From: Phoronis australis
Taxonomy: Eukaryota; Animalia; Phoronida
Assembly: GCA_002633005.1 (NCBI GenBank)
Contig: NMRA01000646.1
Span: forward strand, 62,001 to 126,000
Length of the DNA stretch: 64,000 bases
Direction: 5' to 3'
Positions within the stretch are counted from its first letter, which is position 1, and each line of letters starts with the position of its first letter. The notes under the pieces are model-generated. The model searched no databases and was not told the DNA's origin. It saw only the letters and a program-made list of their open reading frames with translations. Position numbers and translations under genes: made by a program. Shown one piece after another: positions 39,595 to 52,400 of this stretch.

Positions 39595-42500
39595 TCATCT
39601 GTCTTGCTGGCACTGTGTTGCTTTAACTTTCAATCCATCCATGCTAGCAGCACTTTCATCAAAACCTGAACTAGCGCTGGATGAATCATCATCACTGTCA
39701 CTGTCTGAGTAGACTCCCAGACCTGGCAATATGCCAATTACTTGAGCTGTCTGCGGCTGCTTTTCCACCAACATGTCTGACCTGAGTCCATTTTGTTTGG
39801 CTGACAGTGAGAGACTTTCTGATGAACTATCTCCTTGTGCTAGAATAGTGCACTTTTGGCTGGGTCCTTGAAAATGAAAAAGAAAAAAAGCAATCATTAA
39901 CACGTGCTTCCTACAAATAACCAAAAAACGAAAAGCATGAGATGGACTGATACACTCCAACAAACTGGCCTCAAACGTTTCTGTGAGATGGTAAAAATTA
40001 GTATTGACAAACAACAAAAACTGAGAGACCACATGCGATAGGGGATTCAGAAATCACATAAACAAAGCCACTGTTGATAGACTATGGACTTTACAAGTAC
40101 TGGTTACTATTCAACGGAAGGAGTTAGATGGCTTAAGTTTGTAATAACGGGAGAATTTCGAGAGGTACTTTGATTCATAATTTCTTTTTCACACCAAGTA
40201 CCCATGAATGCCTTTATTCTAAGGTCATAACGTTTCAAGGCATGAACAGAACACTACGCAGGGCTTGTTATGACCAATGACAAAAAAGAGGAACATTTTC
40301 CAGGTGACAGATACTTTTACAAATAAACAGGCTTATGTGATAGAAATATTTTTGTGTTGTAAAATTTAACTTCAAAAACATTTTTGCATGAATGAAGTCA
40401 AAATAATTAAGAAAAGAAACTGGAAATTAAATAAGAGGAAATCAAAACCAAAAAAGAGGAAATCTGCTAAAAGAGGAAAATTCAGAGTCCAGAATATGAG
40501 ACTACTGAGGTTGACTGCCAAGGGAATGTGCGATGGTGCTCCAAAAATCCCATGGAAACATTTCATTTAACCAAATTTTGACACGATAGCATTGATGGAC
40601 TTCCAGCCAGCTTCTACTGATATCAATCAGATCAGTTTAATCGCAACTTGCCAGTGTAAGTAGAGACGTCCAAACATAAAGCAGACACTGAGCCTGTAAT
40701 CACGTCCTAGCACAAAATTTAGCAAAATGTACCTGCGTCATCAGAGCTAGACTTCCTTCTTTTGCTGTCAGTTTCATTACTGTCAGTACTGAAATGATGA
40801 CCATAAACACAATAGATGATCGGAAGACAACATTTGGTTTTAAACTTCAAAGTAAATAGAACAAGTTTCACAGGATGCATCCAGACTGCACATTGTTCAA
40901 ATACTGTACAAAGTTCTGCATCATGAAACTCTTCAAAAACACACCCAGTTTTGGTTAATTCACATATCAGTTTCAACTCCTTTCCAAAGGATGGAAGTGT
41001 TTTTCGACCTTCGCAAGAACTAATACTACTACCAGTTTAACTAAAACAAGTAGGGCAGGGTAGATAACAACATTTATGTCGCTAAAGCAGGCAGCAAGCT
41101 AAGAGGAGAATAGATTAATTCCCAGCTGAACACAATTGTTTACAGTCAGTTGTGGCCACATTATCCTGGCTGGTATTTATACCACATGCCTAATAAAGGA
41201 AACATTGTCACAGGAGCATTAGTAAGAGGCTGCTATTTCGTCTTACCTCAGGCACTCCCAGACATTAACTTTGATGTTTACCATAAAGTTTTTACACCTT
41301 AATTCACCCTTAAAAGCTGAGCACACTAGGTTTTTGAATGGATTTTAATTAATTGGAAAGTCTAACTAATGCAAAGTTCAGCAATATAATTAAAAGGGCA
41401 GGTAGGGGACAATTTAAGTGCAGACGCTGTGTTCATTATGCAGCAGAGCATATTATGTTGTCAGTCTAGAATGGTGTTCAATTTTCTCCACCCCACCCAT
41501 TCCTCTAGGTTATTTTGTATCCTTTTTCTGAGACAGCTGTGCCGCAACAAGAGACGCTTCTGAAGTTACTTCATTTAAATTTTGATTTTCCCAAAAATTG
41601 TCAATTTTTGATATGATACCAATGTTCCCGTGCGTCAAAGCTGGCTATACAACTGAAAACTAGTGCAGTGGTCAGTAAACTCAGGAACACCCAGGAAACC
41701 CAACCACCATCATCTATAAATCATAGCTGACAACAACTCTTCTCACCTAATTGAACTATGGTCTCGCAAAAAAGTAGATGAAGTAAATCCGTGACAATGT
41801 GCAGGGCTTGGAATGACGAAAGAAAAAAAAGAGGAAAATTTTCCAGGTGATATATCGTTCCACAAAAAAATAGACTGAAATGAATGAGATAGAAATATTT
41901 TTGTGTAGTAAAATTTAACTGAAATAAATGTTTTGCATGAATAAAGTCAAAATAATGATAAAAAAGAGATGAAAACATGGGAACTGGAAATCAAACAAGA
42001 TTTAAATCAAAACCAAAAAAGAGGGAATCCTCTCAAAAGAGGAGAATTCCAAGCCCTTTATGTACCTTTTTCTTTTCACCACTCCGGCCAGCAAACGTTT
42101 CTGAGAGTTCCCACTACTTGATGAGGGCACTGGCTTCTTGTGTTGTGTTGCCTTGGCCTTCTCTGATCCGCCAGGAATTTTCGTTACAGCATTGTATGAT
42201 CAGTTAAGATTTGTAAGAGATCAATACATAAATAATACACTACAAACAGGAATTTAAAGGTGCCTTTCAACAACTTAAATGCATAATCGTGTCAAAAGTA
42301 ATAAACACATTCTAGCAGTAATTTAATTCATTTGAGTATTTCTTTTGTTCACACAACATGCAGTAGCTTGTTACTTTAATCTGTCACTGAACAAGTGCTA
42401 CAATGAAAAGATGTCAGAATGCGGACGACAGATTGATCAGATGCAAGAATGAACAGATGTCAGAATAATAAACAGATGCAAGAGTGAACAGATGCTACAA

Positions 42501-44122
42501 AGGATATTTTGTATTCATGAAGTAGCATTTTCTCCTCCAGTTCTCGTTCTTCATTGATTTCTTCTTGACGACGAGAAACGAAATCTAAAAATTCAACTTC
42601 GTCGTTTTCTAGACCTTTCACCATATTTCCTGGAGAAGGAAAAACAGAGTATTGGATTTAATCAACAAATATATACTAAATATAACTTTGGGTTCTGGCC
42701 ATAGTAATACTAAGAAACTAACAACCATCCCAGCTATATCAAAATTAAAGATGGCATTTATCTAAATGATAGCGATATTTACAATACCACACAAAACCAC
42801 AGAGAACAACACAGTACAATTCAACAAAAGCTTTGACATGTAAACACGTTACCAGTTTACAACATAAGTATGCTTTTTTCATGAGAATGATAAACGTACA
42901 GTTTAAAACTGTCAATGAGGTCCATTTACACCCATCCCTAATTTCACAAGTGCTCAACGCTTGAAGAGGACAATAATTGCAGCCAGCGTACTCTTTTGAC
43001 ATCATAAACATGGCACTGTCATGACTAGCCCCCTACAAGTGAAAATTCAGACCAAAATCCAATTAAATTTGTGAACTGAAGCACAATTTTCAATTACCCC
43101 CATTCCCTGCCGACACAACAGAGAGCCAGCTGGCTGGGCTGCCAACAGTCAACAGGCACATACTTTTATAACAAAATGAGGTGTCATTAAAGGGTTACAT
43201 ATTCGGTGAACAAGTAGGCGAAGCAGCTGGACTAATTCAAATGCCTACATTTGGAGGATCATCATCCCATGGTCAATTTTATCTGTACATTATTCATTGC
43301 ATTATTTATTGGCTTTTCATTTTTTTAAAAACAAGACAAAAAAAGCAGTTGTGGATAACAAGATGCTTCTTTGATGAGAACACCCTGGCACTTTTGTAAT
43401 GAATGATGATGCAACAAAAACCAGCAGGCAAGTGAAAAAACCACGATAGGCAGACAACTATGCTTCTCAGTTCCACTATTTTCATACAGAAAAAAAATAT
43501 TTTCAAACAATTATGAAGGGGAAAGGGATCAAGAAGTGTACTGCCAAAGTCTTACTAAGTCTGTGTGTTTCGTCATATTCATCCTGTTTCCTAGCTCTCT
43601 GCTCCTCCAGTCTCTCAAACAATGATCTGTTGTCTACGGGTTCCTCAGGTGCCTCTGTAAACAATTATTATTCACAATAAATAATAATAATGATAATAAT
43701 GGAACTTTACCTCTGTGGTACCCGTGCATTGTAGTTAGCCAGGTATTGTTTAGTAGTAGTCTTACTACAGAGCCACACGACGAGCGAGGAGGAAACTGGT
43801 GTTACAAGGTTCGATTCGTCTCTGATTTAATTCGAAGCACAATAAACACAGTCACATTAAAAATACCAGATTACCACAACCTCTACAGAAAGTAGATAAT
43901 GACAATTTTTTCAACTTGTTCTCTACAGGTATGACACTAAAGCTCATGTAGCAGTATGTCCAACTACAACAGGCAACCAACTTATCATCGATTTGTTATC
44001 ATGGCATTAAACCCACCAAGAGGTTGTCCAGGCTGACGCACACGCTCCCATTCTTCTTGACGTTTCTGTCGTCGATCTTCGAGCTCTTCCTCAGTAACAA
44101 ACTTTTTCTTAATTTCATCCAT
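39595..44122 (-). CDS. PSME3IP1: PSME3-interacting protein (FAM192A/NIP30/PIP30) ortholog, 260 aa
   Basis: Exons (-): 44122-44017, 43654-43556, 42629-42508, 42193-42066, 40788-40733, 39866-39595; 783 nt in frame. Protein MDEIKKKFVTEEELEDRRQKRQEEWERVR...DNRSLFERLEEQR...NMVKGLENDEVEFLDFVS...SQKRLLAGVVKRKS...IGILPGLGVYSDSDS matches FAM192A. AATAAA (-) at 39436-39441; probable 5'UTR exon donor at 45764. Confidence 0.93.
40275..40490. repeat. Dispersed intronic repeat, copy 1 (copy 2 at ~41810-42050)
   Basis: AAAAGAGGAA.ATTTTCCAGGTGA...GATAGAAATATTTTTGTGT.GTAAAATTTAACT...AAATCAAAACCAAAAAAGAGG is shared by both copies. Confidence 0.8.
42194..42507 (-). other. U12-type (minor spliceosome) AT-AC intron in PSME3IP1
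   Basis: 5' site |ATATCCTTT at 42507-42499, branch TCTTAAC at 42209-42203, terminal AC| at 42195-42194. Removal gives in-frame HEYK|NAVTK. Confidence 0.9.
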
Positions 44123-45764
44123 CACTACCTGCAACTATGAGCCAATCAATATTAAAGGGATGTATTCCTACATGTAAATGACAACAGATCGCCTGATCAT
44201 ATCAAGCATCGGAAAGGAGCTCAGTTGGCGGGATTGGTCGAGCGTCACCAGTTATGTGACCGAGGCAGTACAGACAAGCATGACAGTGTTATGTGATGCT
44301 GTTTGAATGGCACACACGTGCCATTTGTAGACCAACTTGTTATGTCGGATCTAGGTGACAAACAGGTTTATCATCCACATAACGCTAAATCGTGGTGGAA
44401 GACCGTCCAGAGTTGGTATATGGTACAACTCCGGATGGTCTGGGCCCAACAGAAAACCACAGTTCTACTGTGAAACTACACCAATGTGATAAACAAGAGT
44501 AGTTCTACTTGCCGCGTTAGCTGTAGGTATCATTATCTCTTTTATGACACAAAATGTGCGACTGGGCAAAGCCTTTTCAAACTAGTGTATATAAACCAGT
44601 GGAGCGTGAGACCTCTGAGGTCCCCGTCAAGTCCTCTCGACAATTCTACGCTATGTGCTTGAGTCTAAAAATGTGCTGCATCAATGCATTTCCATTTCTT
44701 GTTCAAAATTCCTTTCCATAAGCATCTGAAAAAAGTTTTTGTAGATTGCGGAAATACGTGCAGAGTGCAGTACGTTGACATTGCACTCTGTAGAATTCAG
44801 TTATTGGGTCATTTATAGCAGTCACCAGACCTACATAATTTGCATATTTCTGACAAAGCACTGCAATGGAAATAGTAGCTTTGTCAATGCATTTGTATCT
44901 AAGATACAAGCACTCTTATCAGCCGCTCACCGTTACATATTTATTATATTTGAACACATCTGCTCATACTATAGCATCCTACTATGATCACAGGCACTCT
45001 TATCAGTCGCTCGACACGTCAGACGGCTGATAAAAGTGCTCATCGGCTGTGCTATGATTAATTTAAGGATTTAAGGTACATAAGTCAGTAAACCAACCCT
45101 TAAAGTAATAGGGTTGCAAGTCCGCTCAGTGAAAGTTTAGAATCAAGTACCAGACATATCACACTTGCATTGCACATCAAATAGTAACCTGTACATGTAG
45201 AAATTGAGATCGCGTGCACACATTTATCTCAAGAATTAATATGGCGAAAATAACTGCACGAAAATCAAGCCCTTCAAAAGAACTAACTGGTATTTTCTCA
45301 AAGATTCAACTTTTTATTATTCACTTGTCACTCCACCATTTGTATTTTTTTAACATACCGGTGAAATCGTGAACTGAATCGTTCACTGGGCTCATTGGCT
45401 GTTATTTGGGTCTCATGATGTCATTACGTTAAAAACTAAGGGTAGAAGGAGGCAAAATAAAATCGGTAAGATCATATGCGGTTTTATAAACGTGTCAAGG
45501 GAATTTGATTTGATTAATACTAACACACTGAACAAGAATTTTCCTCCCATTCCAAGTGGTGAAAAGCCCTGCAGTGGACTTTCATTCGGCTCTCTGTTGA
45601 ATTTTAGAGCTGAGTTTTTGGCCAAGCCTAAAGAAAGTCAAGAAAGCACATAATCTCGCAACAGCGCAACAACAATCAAGCCAAACATCCGATGCAACAA
45701 AAAACACGGTATCAGTAGTTTCAAAGCTGCACAGATTCTTAAAATTCAAACAACCATTCCTTAC

Positions 45765-46125
45765 TTATTGTTGATCTCTCAGAGTTTATCAACAACACTA
45801 CAACCACACACACATTTTAGGCGGAAGTTGACGGATTGTGTTCGCGGAAAATTGCCAAGATAATACTCATACGATGATAGATGTGACCGAAGCGTTCATT
45901 CTTGCATGAGATATTGAAAAACAAAAACAGTGAATTTGGTTTCAGAAAATGTTATTAAATGTAAACTCAACGTTGCCAATTGACTTGTTAATTTGTAGAT
46001 CTCTGCAAATTACTTTTCGTCGAACACATACAATGTTCTATAAGGAAATGAAAACGTATCCGGATAAGCTCTCGGATTAGTGTGCAGGGTTTCAGTGCTT
46101 GTTATACTCGTCAAAAACATTCTAA
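45765..46125. promoter_or_regulatory. Putative bidirectional promoter region PSME3IP1/RABIF
   Basis: Divergent genes: candidate PSME3IP1 first-exon donor (AAG|gtaagg-like) at 45764 and RABIF ATG at 46126. ETS-like GGCGGAAGT at ~45820. Confidence 0.5.
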
Positions 46126-48249
46126 ATGTCGACAGACGATGCTTGTGGTCTTTCTAATGGAAGCGCTTCGGCGATTGTAGACGAGTCTCTGGTTAAAGAC
46201 GGAAAAAATGCAAAAGAAATTCGGTGCAAATTTTGTGGAAGCGTCGTGTTGAGAATTGGTCAAAGTCAACTTGCCAAAAAACAGGTAGGTAGGCCCTAGC
46301 TATATACTAGTACTACACTCAGCTTTTGTATCTCCGTCTTTGTCTTATATTTCATAAATTTAATGGTTAGTGCACATGATCTGCCCCTCAGAACAAAAAT
46401 AATGTGCATAAACTGTGTGTATCACGTGACATCCTATACCTGTCCCTCGTATATACCTAAAGACTAGACTAGAGTCTGGCTAGGCAATGACCATCGCCTC
46501 TGTTGGCCCGAACCAGAGGCGATGCAGCTCCTATAGACACTCTGTACGCCGGAAGCTTTTCGGCGAATTATGCCTCGCACCGACTAAACCATCAAAGTCA
46601 CGTTGTTATAAATACCTTTTGCGCATAGAGGAACACCTTAGGAGGTTGTGGATGTGTTTAATTCCTTCCAACTCGAACAAATACTCCCGTTATGAAACTT
46701 TTTCTTCGAGCAGTCCCTATTTCAGTTCCCAAAATCGTGAAATCAACATTTTCATTTTTTTAACCTGGCCGAAGGTCAGAAGTTGCGGTCCTACCGGCGA
46801 ACTTTGAAAGCTGAAGTTCCCACCCTTTGCGTATGTGCTGCCGGGAACCAGCCGTGCATTTGCCGTGTTGTTAAACATTAAAATGTCAAATATGTGCACA
46901 AAGACTATTAAATGTCATATCAACAGCATTTATTTTNNNNNNNNNNNNNNNNNNNNNNNNNNNNNNNNNNNNNNNNNNNNNNNNNNNNNNNNNNNNNNNN
47001 NNNNNNNNNNNNNNNNNNNNNNNNNNNNNNNNNNNNNNNNNNNNNNNNNNNNNNNNNNNNNNNNNNNNNNNNNNNNNNNNNNNNNNNNNNNNNNNNNNNN
47101 NNNNNNNNNNNNNNNNNNNNNNNNNNNNNNNNNNNNNNNNNNNNNNNNNNNNNNNNNNNNNNNNNNNNNNNNNNNNNNNNNNNNNNNNNNNNNNNNNNNN
47201 NNNNNNNNNNNNNNNNNNNNNNNNNNNNNNNNNNNNNNNNNNNNNNNNNNNNNNNNNNNNNNNNNNNNNNNNNNNNNNNNNNNNNNNNNNNNNNNNNNNN
47301 NNNNNNNNNNNNNNNNNNNNNNNNNNNNNNNNNNNNNNNNNNNNNNNNNNNNNNNNNNNNNNNNNNNNNNNNNNNNNNNNNNNNNNNNNNNNNNNNNNNN
47401 NNNNNNNNNNNNNNNNNNNNNNNNNNNNNNNNNNNNNNNNNNNNNNNNNNNNNNNNNNNNNNNNNNNNNNNNNNNNNNNNNNNNNNNNNNNNNNNNNNNN
47501 NNNNNNNNNNNNNNNNNNNNNNNNNNNNNNNNNNNNNNNNNNNNNNNNNNNNNNNNNNNNNNNNNNNNNNNNNNNNNNNNNNNNNNNNNNNNNNNNNNNN
47601 NNNTCAAAAATGACAAGAAACGATGCTTTGCAGCCAACTCCCTGATTGTACCATACCAAACCAAAACCATACCTTTGCAGCAAATTCCTAACAGATGAAG
47701 CCCAATTTTTCCTACCAGCCTCATCCAATGTGACAAGCTTGTCATAGACAGATTTTGAATTTCGATGTGCTGGCATTTTTAACAATTTAAACCAATACTT
47801 GATCAGTTTAACAAACAGCTTTACATAAATTGGATACCTTCCCAGCTCTCCCAGGACAGCATGATTTGGACAGTTACTTCCAACACCCAGCAGTTGCTTA
47901 CAGAATTTCAATTGGAATTAGAAGCTTGTGTTGCTGTTTTTGGCTGATGATGTTTTAAGTTGCTTTATGTGAAAACGTATTAATTCAACCTTGTTTTATG
48001 TTGAAGATGTCCTTACCTGCAATGACAAAAAGAACTGCAACAGCTGTTGGTGGCCACGACATGCTGGAAGACTTTTGGTTCATCAATGATATGTTCACAT
48101 TCGAAAATGTGGCATTCTCTAAAACTGTCGGGACTATTAAATATCTGGCTTGTGCGGACTGCGAAGTTGGACCAATCGGTTGGCACGATTTAAATGACAG
48201 AAAAGCATTCTACGTTGCTCTTGACAGAGTGGATCACGTGTCTATATGA
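46126..48249 (+). CDS. RABIF: Guanine nucleotide exchange factor MSS4 / RAB-interacting factor, 133 aa
   Basis: Exons 46126-46284 (KNAKEIRCKFCGSVVL...CAG|gtaggt) and 48007-48249 (FWFINDMFTFENVAFSKTVGTIKYLACADCEVGPIGWH...FYVALDRVDH*). Phase 0 join; both Zn-binding CxxC pairs present. Confidence 0.95.
47604..47915 (-). mobile_element. Non-LTR retrotransposon ORF2 fragment (post-RT region) in RABIF intron, adjacent to gap
   Basis: KFCKQLLGVGSNCPNHAVLGELGRYPIYV...IKYWFKLL...NWASSVRNLLQRYGFGLVW resembles a common invertebrate LINE C-terminal segment. Confidence 0.8.
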
Positions 48250-48998
48250 TTACAAGAAAATATTGCCATGTGTATATGTGATTCACAGTGTGAGTGGGAC
48301 TTTGTCTTCTGAGATGAGCTCTGAACAAACGTTTCTATGTGTGGAGCATGCGTTCCATGTTGTTGTCAGTCTCACTGTAATGTTTGTAGTCTGTGTTGTA
48401 TACTACTAGACGTTGCTATCTTGTCTTTTATCATCACTGCAGTCAAGCCCAAATCAATAACTTATAAAATTTATCATAGTATCTGAAATTCTTATTTTAT
48501 TAAAAAATTTTCTTCATGTTCAAATATTGCAGCCGTAAACACGGTTTCAAGTACCATCTCCAACTCTTACATGAGTTTCATTTAATTTTTTTTTGTGTCT
48601 AGCTGCAGGATGAACTCTTCTTTCTGGGAAGAGAGATTAGTTATTCTCATGAATATTTTTTAGATTTCTGTTGCTGATATTGACTTGCTTGTTACAAAGA
48701 ATAAATTAAGTACAGCCAGTGTTTAATGATTACCAAATATGGAAAATATGGTCAATGTTGATGTTTGCATGAGGTGGCTTAGCTGAATATGTATTTGGCC
48801 TTTATAGGTCACAAGTTGTTTACAGGACATATCTCTGTGAATAAAAGGTGCTGGACCTGAGGAGAACTAACAGTTAATTTTCTACTTTTATAATGATCAT
48901 CACATCAAATCACCTGCCATGGCACGGTAACTTATTGAGTCTGATCTCAACCAATAACAAGGTGTCTGGTCTTACAAGCGCTAACATTGTCTCTCTAA

Positions 48999-49147
48999 TA
49001 GGCGGATCCAGGGGAGTCAAGGGGATCCTTTTTTCCCCATGAGCTTAGTGATATCATTTCTAGAATTTTCAAATTGTTGACTTGGGTCCCCTTTTTGAAA
49101 AAATCCTTGATTGGACCCCCTTTTAAAAAATCCTATATCCACCCCTG
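48999..49147. mobile_element. Short hAT-like MITE
   Basis: AGGCGGATCCAGG ... CCTATATCCACCCCTG degenerate TIRs; TCTAAT occurs on both flanks. Confidence 0.5.
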
Positions 49148-49183
49148 TCTAATGTGTAACGAACAAGTTGGTAAGTGATCTAA

Positions 49184-49441
49184 ATAGAAAGTTGGTTTTT
49201 ATATAGAAAGTAGGTTTGTGGTCACGCTAAGCAGATTCCAGTAGGCCCATCTTTTATCGTCATTTTCTTTCAAGTTTTGTTGTCTGAAGAGATATGATTC
49301 ATATCTCTTCAGCCAACAAAAATAGAAAGATTTTATTCATATTTGTTCAACAATCAAAGTTGAAAGAAAAAAATGACGAAAGGTGGTCCTACTGAAATCT
49401 ACTTAAAGTGACCACAAACCCTCATATAAAAGCAACTTTAG
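49184..49441. mobile_element. Palindromic MITE family C (partial second copy ~56310-56510)
   Basis: GGTTTGTGGTCAC...AGATT.CAGTAGG...TCGTCATTTT mirrored by AAAATGACGA...CCTACTGAAATCT...GTGACCACAAACC; internal hairpin CTGAAGAGATATGA/TCATATCTCTTCAG. Confidence 0.7.
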
Positions 49442-52400
49442 AACTCATAAACATGATACAAACGAAACCTTACCTACTAGATTTGAATAAATATTTTTTT
49501 TTGTGATTCTGATATAGCATTAGGATAGAATTTCGAAAAACAAAAATTTGTAAGTGATGGCATTCCTGATCTTTGTTTTAGTTATCTTAAAAGAGCAGTT
49601 CACCACTGTTAAGTTCTCAATGTTGAATTCTAAATTAAAGCAGTTCATTGTTTTAAAAACAACATTAATACACCCATTCGGTACTGAATTAGTATGGAAA
49701 CAGCCTGCAATTCAAGTAACACGAAATGCCTACATGAACCATTTTCAATTTCACAATCTTAGGGTTGTCCAACCCCAAAAACTTTCAAGCGTTTTCTTGA
49801 TTGCTGATGGTTCTGATCTTGTTGGCAACTGAAATCATCTATCATGAGTTAAAGTGGCTATTTTTTTGCATTGTAGCTAAATATTAAAAGGATACCAAAC
49901 TCGGTTTTAGCCTATCACCAGATACTCCAATCCAGTTCTCTGGAAACAAGTAATGCTCTGTAACACACCACAACCCTCAAAAGTTTTGAAGAAAATTTCA
50001 AAACTCCTTTCAAAGTCTGCCAAAGGGGCAATCGTGACCTTCGCTTTTAGTGAATTACATGGAAGCAGTGTGAAAAGGTCACCCATTAATTCCTGCCAAT
50101 GATGCATTAGCAGGTGGCTGAGTGATGATTGGTTGAAATCGTCAAAACAGGGTTTTTTTTTTTAGTATCCTTTTAAGGAAGTGTACTTTTAGTTGTTCTT
50201 GGTTCTATTCAACTGTAAGACAAAAAAACATGAAACACTTGGAGTGCACATTATAATTATTGATACATGGGTGCCTTAACAATTCATTTGACCATACTTG
50301 TCAAGACAGTTGGGGTTAGCCTCACCAATTTCGGACAAAATCATTCCCGAAATCGTCAATTTTCATTTTTCAAAAAAAGACTTCTAACATTGTTATGACA
50401 ATTTTTCAAAATGTCGTCTGGTTATGTTACAGAACTTGAAAATGCTCAATCATTAATTTGGTGCTCATCTTTTTTGAAAAGGATAAGAAAATAAATTTTC
50501 ACTTGTTCCGCTCTATTTGTGTCCTAAATTGGTGAGGTTTTACAGTACATTGGTGCAAATTTTGCTTATGATGAACGCAGCAGTGGAATTCATTGGTGGC
50601 CATCTACTTCTTGCCTACTGAGCATGACATTTTACCGCAGCATTCACCTGAGCCAGGGATTGGTGGAATTAGGAAGCAACCCTTGGGAACATTTGTCCAC
50701 GTGGGGCAGCTGAAAGTAGTTTTGAGAAATTAACACCATGTCTTTTTAGTAAAGTTGAGCAGAGAAAATAACATTCGCTGCTAAGCAACCGGTATCAACT
50801 GCATGACCATTGGAAATTTCATTTGATATAAATATTCAAGGTGAAATTTCAAAAACGCTGTTACAGTTTTCGAGGTTATCATTTCATTTTCGTAGGCTGA
50901 TGAAAGATTTTCCATAAACACCAAAAGAACTTTTTGACAACCCTTCATGCAAAGATGGAACATTTTAAGAACAAATCCTATAACGGCGGTTTGGAGAACA
51001 GTGAGAAACGCATAGTATCTGAAAGTTCCAAAAGAATCCAATCGGCCATTCTTGAAATATGATGTTCCAAACTTGGACATTTTTTCTAGGGTCCTACACA
51101 ACCATGGAAGGTGGCTTTCACTCTTACCTGCAGCCGGATATGTTTTGCGCCAAGGATGGCATTAAGCATAAATGAAGTGTTGTTATCTACCTCAGAAATT
51201 GGCTCTTGAATTTTTGTTACACGTTGTAGCGCTAAAACAATGTTGTTGAAAAACTTCATGCACACGATTAAATTACAAATGATAAGTATATGCATTGAAG
51301 TTGTAGTCACACACAGGTCAAGGGATAAGTATATGTAGGCAATACATCGCCGCTGGATGCCGTTGGCAGATAGGTGATGTGGCTCTGCAATTCATAGAAC
51401 TATGCTACCGATTTGCTTTTTGACGGATACAGTTAAAGTAAATAATAGACTGGATTTATATACACTGTCGAAACTGCAATTGTCTCCCTTTCATTTTTTG
51501 TCCGAAATATCCAGATTGTCACCTGACCAAAATGCCATGACCTGACCTTGGTTCCTAGGGCAAAGTAAATTGCGCTGGTGAAAGAATTGAATTTTCTTAA
51601 TTCCAAGAGTAAAGTATAAAAGAATATCAAAAAGGACGAAGTTTTTTGAAGTCTTGTTGGGTTTTGTGCTTTTCAATATATTTACTTCGCTACCTCACCG
51701 CGATGACTATGGGTTGTCAAGTTAGTTACGAGGGTCACTAACGCTGCCCAAGTATGTTGTAACCACTCGTAAGTCAGGGGATCCCTCGTCCTAAGAGGAC
51801 GGAGTTATCAAGAGCTTCCATTACATTATCAGCTGGCCTGATTCTTATTCGCCTAACTGGCTGATGCACAGGCGAGAGCCACTTGCTGGATATGTCGAAC
51901 GTAAATTGTGCTGAATAACTTTTTATCTATCAATTGCATAAATTTTCCATTTTTGGACCAATCTGTTGGTGTCACAATGAAGCAGTCATAGTTAGCATGA
52001 GTGGCTTTTACTTCCTTCATCGTGGTTCCACTAATAAAAACCATAGAAAATAATTACCCATTTAAAAAAGTTGTCATTTCAGTAAAAATCTTAAAGTCTC
52101 CCCCCTTTCTTACAAACGGCAATCCACGATAGAGTTCATTAACGCAAGGACCTCGCTAGAAAAGCAAAACTTCGCGAAATTACGCGAGATACTGTCGTGT
52201 ATTTTAAATGAGAACACGTGATTTTGGCTAGAGTTTTCTAGCCCCGAGGCAGACACTGAACTTTACCTAGATGTGTCCATAAAGGAATGGAACTCACATG
52301 TCTTGGCATTGCACAAAACTGCGTTTTGCATCTGCGCACTTGCATTTATAGTCACAGCCGATTTTGAATTCCTCATCTTGGTCATACCACTTGCCTTTGT

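Noticed and set aside
50166-50175. GTATCCTTTT U12-like donor (similar at ~41517 and ~26680)
   Set aside because: No adjoining exon or matching branch site/acceptor was found.
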